A DNA stretch of 64,000 nucleotides from positions 1,408,001 through 1,472,000 of the forward strand of contig CBDCXV010000011.1 of NCBI GenBank assembly GCA_965223905.1, given 5' to 3'. The notes under the pieces are model-generated. The model ran no database searches. It was not told the origin of the DNA and worked only from the letters and a program-made list of their open reading frames with translations. The DNA comes from Candidatus Latescibacterota bacterium (GTDB taxonomy: Bacteria; Latescibacterota; UBA2968; UBA8231). The translations under genes were made by a program, and so were the position numbers. Below are positions 58,870-64,000 of the stretch, piece by piece. Numbering within the stretch: the first letter of the stretch is position 1; each line of letters opens with the position of its first letter.

Positions 58870-61800
58870 CTAGTCCAGCAAACCGCTGAGCGCCGAAGCA
58901 GCTTCCCAGCCCGTGTCCGACTCCGCGAGCTGCTGGCGTTGTGTGCCTGTGAGCCACTCCGCCCGGCTCCCAGTGGGGTCGCGAGTTACCGCAAGGACAT
59001 GGTCGATCTGCTCGGCCACCGCGCGGACGTGAGAGATCACACCGACCATGCGCCCCCCGGCCGCGACGGTTCCCAGAGCCTGGACCGCAGAGTCGAGGTT
59101 GTTGCGGTCCAGCGAGCCGAATCCCTCGTCCAGGAACAGCGACTCCAGCCTTCCACCGCTGCGCGCCATCATCTCCACCATGCCGAGTGCGAGCGAGAGG
59201 GAGGCGATGAACTGCTCCCCTCCCGAGAGGCTTGCGGGGGAGCGGGCCTGCCCGGAATCCCGATCGAGGACGCGCCACTGCTCTTCGGTCTCGCCGGGGT
59301 CGACGAAGGCGTACCTGCCGGCGCTCATCTCATCGAGCATCCGGGACGCATGAACCAGCAGACCCCGTGATCTCCGCAGGGTCAGCCACTTCAGGAACGC
59401 GCCGGGTTTGAGGGCATCCTCGAGATCGCCGAGCGCCCGCTCCTTGCCTTCGACCTCCGCGAGAAGCGCTCGGAGATCTCGGACTTCGTCGATTATTGCA
59501 ACGAAGTTTTCCTCAGACTCCCTGGCGCGACGTTCTTCGAAGCGGGCGTCGTTCGCCCGGGTACCTGCGCTTTCCAGGACGGCATTGAGGTCGCGGACGT
59601 CGATCTCCGCGTCCAGCCGGTTTCCGAGTGCAGCCAGTTCCGTGCGTACGGCTTCTGCACGGCCCGCCGCGGCCCGTGCGGCCTCGTCCGCGGCCCGTAA
59701 TACCTCCGCTGCCATGGTTTGAAGCGCGGCGATTTGCTGCCCCTCCAGCGCGCCAGCGTCACGGACAGAAACCGCTGGGGGAACGTCTGCGTCGAGCGCC
59801 AGCCTGCTGATCGACTCGACCAGGACGTCGCGGTGGGAATTGAGGTCATGAACAATCTCTTCGAGCGATGCTTCGACTTCCTCGGCTCGCCGTCTCGCCA
59901 AGACCGATCGCACGTTACGAGCATCTGCAAGTCTCATCTCCAGGCGTTGTCGTTCGGATGCGCGTTCCGCCAACACCTGTTCACGCTCCTGAGCCGAGTT
60001 CGTCTGCGCGTCTACCGGGATTGTGTCCACCTCGTGCAGGTCCGCCGGGTCCCCGGGCAAGTCCAAGCTGGGCCGGTACGCAGGTGGCACGGTGCGGACC
60101 GCCTCCATCAACCGCTCCAGGGCATCGTCCGCCGCCGTACGGGCGTGTTCCACCAACGTATCGGCGTTGGCAGCCCCCGTACGGGCGACGGTGGCGGCTG
60201 TCTCCTGACGGGTAGTTTCCGAGCTCAGATCCCCGTAGACGCAATCGTGTTCCGCCAGCCGATCCGCTTCTTCGGTACAGGCGGCCTCGAAGGGAGCGAG
60301 CAGGGTGTCGCGCGGGGGTACGGGCGCTCGCACATCCTGATCGACATGCCGGGCGAGCTCATTGCGCGCCTCCGTGATATGCGATTCAGCGGCGGCAAGG
60401 CGACCTCCAGCATCGGCGACCTGACGCTCGATGCCTGTCCGTTCCGTGCGGATCCTAGTCAACGCCTGCTCTGCCAGTCGAGCAGCCTGGCTCGCGGCGT
60501 CGGCTATCTGCTCCGCCTCACTGAGCCGGGCTCCCTCGAGGGGCTCCCAGTCGGCGGGAAGGTCGCGGCGGCAGATCGGGCACTCGTCCCCCGGGTGCAG
60601 GCCGTGTGCGGCGGACGCCGCCGACTCCGACCGCCGCGCCAAGGTCAGATGCTCCTGGGCCTCGGCTGCCGCACGGGTGGCGCGTCGTTCATCCTCCTGC
60701 GCGATCTGCAGTTGTTCTGCCAGGACGGCGTCGGCTTGTCCGAGTTCGCCAAGCTGTCTCTGCCTCTCTTCCAGCTCAGCCGCCCGCTCCTCGTACCGCG
60801 AGTACCCCATGTCGACCGCCGTGCGGCGCCCCTGCGCTCTCTCGACACCTTCGGCGAGTGGACCTCTGTTTGCGGCGTGCCTTTCCGCCCTTTCCCCGGC
60901 GCTCTCGGCCTCCGCAGCCAGGCGCTGCGCTTCGGCATGCTCTCGTGAGGCCTCTTCGACTGCGGCGCGGAGTTCCCGGGAAGCGTTTTCGCTGTCCGCG
61001 ATCAGGCGGCCCATGCTCCTCAACGTCGTCAAGGCCGCCGCCACTTCCTCGCTCGTGGGACCGTCGTCTGACGGGATGCCCGCCAGCTCATCCTCCAAGT
61101 CCTCCTGCCGTTGCCTCAGGGCCGCTTCCTCTTCGCCGAGTTGCCTTTCAATCGCCGCAATCGGCGCCAGCCTTCCGGCGGCCCGCTCGGTATCCAAGGC
61201 GCGCAGCCGTTCGAGGACGCCGGAGGCCGTTTGCTGCATCTCTTCGGCGGCGAGCACGGTATCGAGCGCTGTAGTAGCCGCCCGTTCGTCCTCGGATGCA
61301 GCGGCGGCAAGGTCGCGGGCTTCGTCCAAGGCCTCCTGGAGTTGCTCCAGATGCGCTTCGGGATCTTCGGGATAGGCGGTGGCCGCCTGCTCCAACCGGA
61401 CCCGCAGCGTGACGGCTTCCTGGCGGGCTTCCCCTGCGAGCCCCCCTGCCTCTTCAAGCTCGTCGGTGGGCCAGACCTGACGCAGGATCCGGCTCCGGTC
61501 GCGCGGTTCGTCCTCGACCAGCAGGCGGGCGAAGCGACCCTGAGGCAGCACGACGGTACGGAGAAACGCGTCGCTGTCGAGCCCGAGCAGCTCCTTGACG
61601 CGCTCGTTGACCCGACGGACCTGCTCAACCTGCTCGACCGTCTCCCCGGCGGCGCCGAACCTGCGGAGCTGGGCGTTGGGTTGGCCTACCGCACGGTCGC
61701 CGGCACGGCGCAACGTGCGGACGACCTCCCATGTTTCGCCGGACACCTTGAACCGGAGCACGACCCTGAGATGTATCGAGGTGTCGTTCATCAGCTCCTG

Positions 61801-61980
61801 GTTGGCCTGCGCCGTGAACGTCGTCTGCCCGTAAAGGGCATAGGTGATCGCCTCCAGGATGGAGGACTTCCCCGCCCCGGTGTCGCCGACGATGGCGATA
61901 TGGTCCCGCCCGGTGAAGTCGATGGAGACGGGAGCCCTGAACGACCGCAGCCCTTCGATGGTGAGCCTGAGTGGACGCAT
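58870..61980 (-). CDS. sbcC: SMC-family ATPase SbcC/Rad50
   Basis: GDTGAGKSS (Walker A), VLPQG.F (Q-loop), long coiled coil with Zn hook CPIC, LSGGE, FLDEGFGSLD, GVISH. Confidence 0.93.
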   Translation of the reverse strand: MRPLRLTIEGLRSFRAPVSIDFTGRDHIAIVGDTGAGKSSILEAITYALYGQTTFTAQANQELMNDTSIHLRVVLRFKVSGETWEVVRTLRRAGDRAVGQPNAQLRRFGAAGETVEQVEQVRRVNERVKELLGLDSDAFLRTVVLPQGRFARLLVEDEPRDRSRILRQVWPTDELEEAGGLAGEARQEAVTLRVRLEQAATAYPEDPEAHLEQLQEALDEARDLAAAASEDERAATTALDTVLAAEEMQQTASGVLERLRALDTERAAGRLAPIAAIERQLGEEEAALRQRQEDLEDELAGIPSDDGPTSEEVAAALTTLRSMGRLIADSENASRELRAAVEEASREHAEAQRLAAEAESAGERAERHAANRGPLAEGVERAQGRRTAVDMGYSRYEERAAELEERQRQLGELGQADAVLAEQLQIAQEDERRATRAAAEAQEHLTLARRSESAASAAHGLHPGDECPICRRDLPADWEPLEGARLSEAEQIADAASQAARLAEQALTRIRTERTGIERQVADAGGRLAAAESHITEARNELARHVDQDVRAPVPPRDTLLAPFEAACTEEADRLAEHDCVYGDLSSETTRQETAATVARTGAANADTLVEHARTAADDALERLMEAVRTVPPAYRPSLDLPGDPADLHEVDTIPVDAQTNSAQEREQVLAERASERQRLEMRLADARNVRSVLARRRAEEVEASLEEIVHDLNSHRDVLVESISRLALDADVPPAVSVRDAGALEGQQIAALQTMAAEVLRAADEAARAAAGRAEAVRTELAALGNRLDAEIDVRDLNAVLESAGTRANDARFEERRARESEENFVAIIDEVRDLRALLAEVEGKERALGDLEDALKPGAFLKWLTLRRSRGLLVHASRMLDEMSAGRYAFVDPGETEEQWRVLDRDSGQARSPASLSGGEQFIASLSLALGMVEMMARSGGRLESLFLDEGFGSLDRNNLDSAVQALGTVAAGGRMVGVISHVRAVAEQIDHVLAVTRDPTGSRAEWLTGTQRQQLAESDTGWEAASALSGLLD

Positions 61981-61981
61981 G

Positions 61982-63238
61982 TCAGCTCCGGCTGCTGTTC
62001 CGCTCCGAGGCGAGGCGGTCGAGGATTTCCTGCGCGCCCGAAATGAGCGGCGTCAGCCCGAAATCGGGTCTCCTTCCCTGACCCACCCCGCCCAACGCCT
62101 GCTCGAACAGCGTTGCCACGATGTCGTGGGGCGCCCTGATCCCGCGCGCCGCGTTGTTGCGCCATTCGAGAAACAGCTCTTCGAGCCCGGGTTCGGCCTC
62201 CCCTTCGCGGTCCGGGTCAATAGGGCTCACCGGCCGGTTCTCAACTACGTTCATCAGCTCGAAAACAGCGCAGTTCGGCGACCATTTCAACAGCCGATCC
62301 GCCAGGTCCGGAATCGGATCGTCCGAGCCCACACGCGCCTTCAGAATGCAGCCGTCGAACCCGCCGTTTGCGGCGCATTTCTCAAGTTTCGCCAGGGTGC
62401 CGGCAAACTCTACGAGGGGCCGTCCGCACGGCAGGTCGTGCGTGCCCACCTGCACGCCGTCCCCGATCGTCACGAGCACCGCCTGCTTTGTCTGCTCGCG
62501 CTCGCCGAAGTCCAGCGGGACCAGCGAGCCGGCGTACCTTCCTTGCGCCTTTCCTCCCGGCAGGAGCTGCGGGTCGTGAAGGTGCCCGAAGGCGCAGTAC
62601 AAAGCCTGCTGGAGACCATCGACGTGCGTGGCGTAGTCCTCTCCCACGGTAATCCGCCGTTCCGACCTGCCCGGCCGGGCGTCATGCACGAAAAGGTGGG
62701 CGGCGTAGAGGACGATCCCTCGTTTGCCCGCGCGTTGATGCGCGACCTCCAGCAGACCTTTGTTCAGGGTTCCGATGCCGTCGGCGTAGGTGCCCTCGAA
62801 CCGGGATGGATCGTCGGTCGCGTAGTCGGCGATGGCACTGGGAGGGATGAATGGCACACACGCCACGGCGACCGGCTCCTCCGTGACCTCCGGATACTCA
62901 ACCACTTCGGGTCGAGTGACCAGCCGCAGCCGCCTGGGGCTCGCCGCCCCTGCCAGCTCGTCGATCACGCCCAGCAGAACGGACGAATCGTGGTTTCCGG
63001 TCAGCACCAGCGTCGGTGCGGTTTCCGCAAGGCCACTCAGCGCCTTGACACCGAGCTTCAGGGCTTCGTGCGGGGGACGCGAGGCGTCGAAAAGATCGCC
63101 GGTGTGCAGGATCAGATCCGGTCGGGCAGATTTCGCGAGGTCCAGCAGTCCGCGGAGCGCCTGCACCTGGTCCGGAGTGCGGTCGTGCCGGCCGAGCTTG
63201 GCCCCCAGGTGCCAGTCGGAAGTATGGAGCAGCTTCAC
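61982..63238 (-). CDS. sbcD: Metallophosphoesterase nuclease SbcD/Mre11
   Basis: LHTSDWHLG, HTGDLFD, GNHDS, AHLFV, FGHLH, YAGS...DFGE; GTG overlaps the herA stop. Confidence 0.93.
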   Translation of the reverse strand: MKLLHTSDWHLGAKLGRHDRTPDQVQALRGLLDLAKSARPDLILHTGDLFDASRPPHEALKLGVKALSGLAETAPTLVLTGNHDSSVLLGVIDELAGAASPRRLRLVTRPEVVEYPEVTEEPVAVACVPFIPPSAIADYATDDPSRFEGTYADGIGTLNKGLLEVAHQRAGKRGIVLYAAHLFVHDARPGRSERRITVGEDYATHVDGLQQALYCAFGHLHDPQLLPGGKAQGRYAGSLVPLDFGEREQTKQAVLVTIGDGVQVGTHDLPCGRPLVEFAGTLAKLEKCAANGGFDGCILKARVGSDDPIPDLADRLLKWSPNCAVFELMNVVENRPVSPIDPDREGEAEPGLEELFLEWRNNAARGIRAPHDIVATLFEQALGGVGQGRRPDFGLTPLISGAQEILDRLASERNSSRS

Positions 63239-64000
63239 AGGTCGATCCGGGGACCGTCCAGGGCTTCGAGGTTCCCCTCGATCTTCCGAACCTGGGCCTG
63301 CTGGCCGTCGGTGTCCGTCGCCGCTTCGTCCGGGTTGGTCGCGAACGGCGGGAAGGGAAACCGGATCGGGATCGGCTCCGGCACGATCGGCTGGGACGCC
63401 ACCATGGTGCCCGGCATGAAGCGGGTGGCGCGCTCGCGCAGCGCCGGAGTGAGGAACCGGTAGGTCTCGGACTCGCTTGCATCCAGCCGCCCGGCGACCT
63501 TCAGCGACGCGTTGCGGGGCAGCGCCTGGGCCACCGCGGAGGCGGCCTGCTGCGCCCCGATCAGCAGCACGCCCAGAGAGCGACCGCGTTCCGCGATATC
63601 CACCAGCAGGTCCTTCAGCGGCGAGAATCCCTGTGCCGGGGCGTACTTGTTGAGCTCGTCGAGGACCACGAAGCGCAGCGGCAGGCGGCCGGTGCCCTGC
63701 TTCTCGCGCCAGATCCGCTCCAGAAGCGCGCCCACCACGAAGCGCTGGGCGTCGTCGTGGAGGGTCGAGATGTCGACGACATGGAGCTTCGCGTTCTCCG
63801 ACGAGACCGGCTCGAGACCGCACCCGATCAGGGGGCCGATGTGGCGGCGCAGCCGCAGAAGCCTCCGGAGAAAAGCCTGCCGCGTGCCCGACTGTGTGCG
63901 CCCGAACCACTCGTCGATCACGGCCTCGTCCTCTTCCGAAGCGATGCCTTCGAGCAGGTCGATGAGGTCGCCGAAGTCGCGAATTACGTGCCCAGCCCCG
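63235..64000 (-). CDS. herA: HerA/FtsK-like ATPase, C-terminal part (5' end outside the window)
   Basis: VVDIS...AQRFVV, FVVLDELNKYAP (Walker B), IAERGRSLGVLLIGAQQ (HerA R-finger/Q motif). Confidence 0.8.
   Translation of the reverse strand, partial: GAGHVIRDFGDLIDLLEGIASEEDEAVIDEWFGRTQSGTRQAFLRRLLRLRRHIGPLIGCGLEPVSSENAKLHVVDISTLHDDAQRFVVGALLERIWREKQGTGRLPLRFVVLDELNKYAPAQGFSPLKDLLVDIAERGRSLGVLLIGAQQAASAVAQALPRNASLKVAGRLDASESETYRFLTPALRERATRFMPGTMVASQPIVPEPIPIRFPFPPFATNPDEAATDTDGQQAQVRKIEGNLEALDGPRIDL

Overview
GC-rich bacterial window. Its gene repertoire (several PhyH-type dioxygenases, a sulfatase, a TolB/LamG protein with an FlgD-Ig/T9SS-like C-terminal domain, an ankyrin protein) resembles Latescibacterota/Gemmatimonadota/Poribacteria-like sponge or marine symbionts; this taxonomy is inference only. 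Two defence islands dominate. (1) ~4.2-15.4 kb: a type III restriction-modification operon (mod-res) followed by an ApeA-like HEPN gene. Both mod and res are cleanly interrupted by different IS elements, an IS66-family element at 12089-13703 and an ISL3-family element at 7433-8896, each with readable inverted repeats and 8-bp target duplications. (2) ~29.6-42.2 kb: a type I RM locus with nested cargo: hsdM, ABC/AAA ATPase, DUF4276/TOPRIM-like gene, AbiEi, AbiEii, hsdS, a cryptic relBE-like pair on the opposite strand, Fic, and hsdR. The HsdR is fused at its C-terminus to a Schlafen/AlbA_2 domain and is frameshifted, including by a perfect 14-bp tandem duplication. The right end carries a translationally coupled herA-mre11(sbcD)-rad50(sbcC) operon. 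Also present: vapBC with its operator, a phnY/phnZ-like pair, cspA, a deletion-collapsed sugar ABC operon, a probable triple YjgF/RidA protein and assorted catabolic enzymes. Many single-base frameshifts at 16.5-18.3 kb lie in homopolymers and may be sequencing errors. No rRNA, tRNA or CRISPR array was recognised. All assignments are from motif recognition by eye; no database searches were run.
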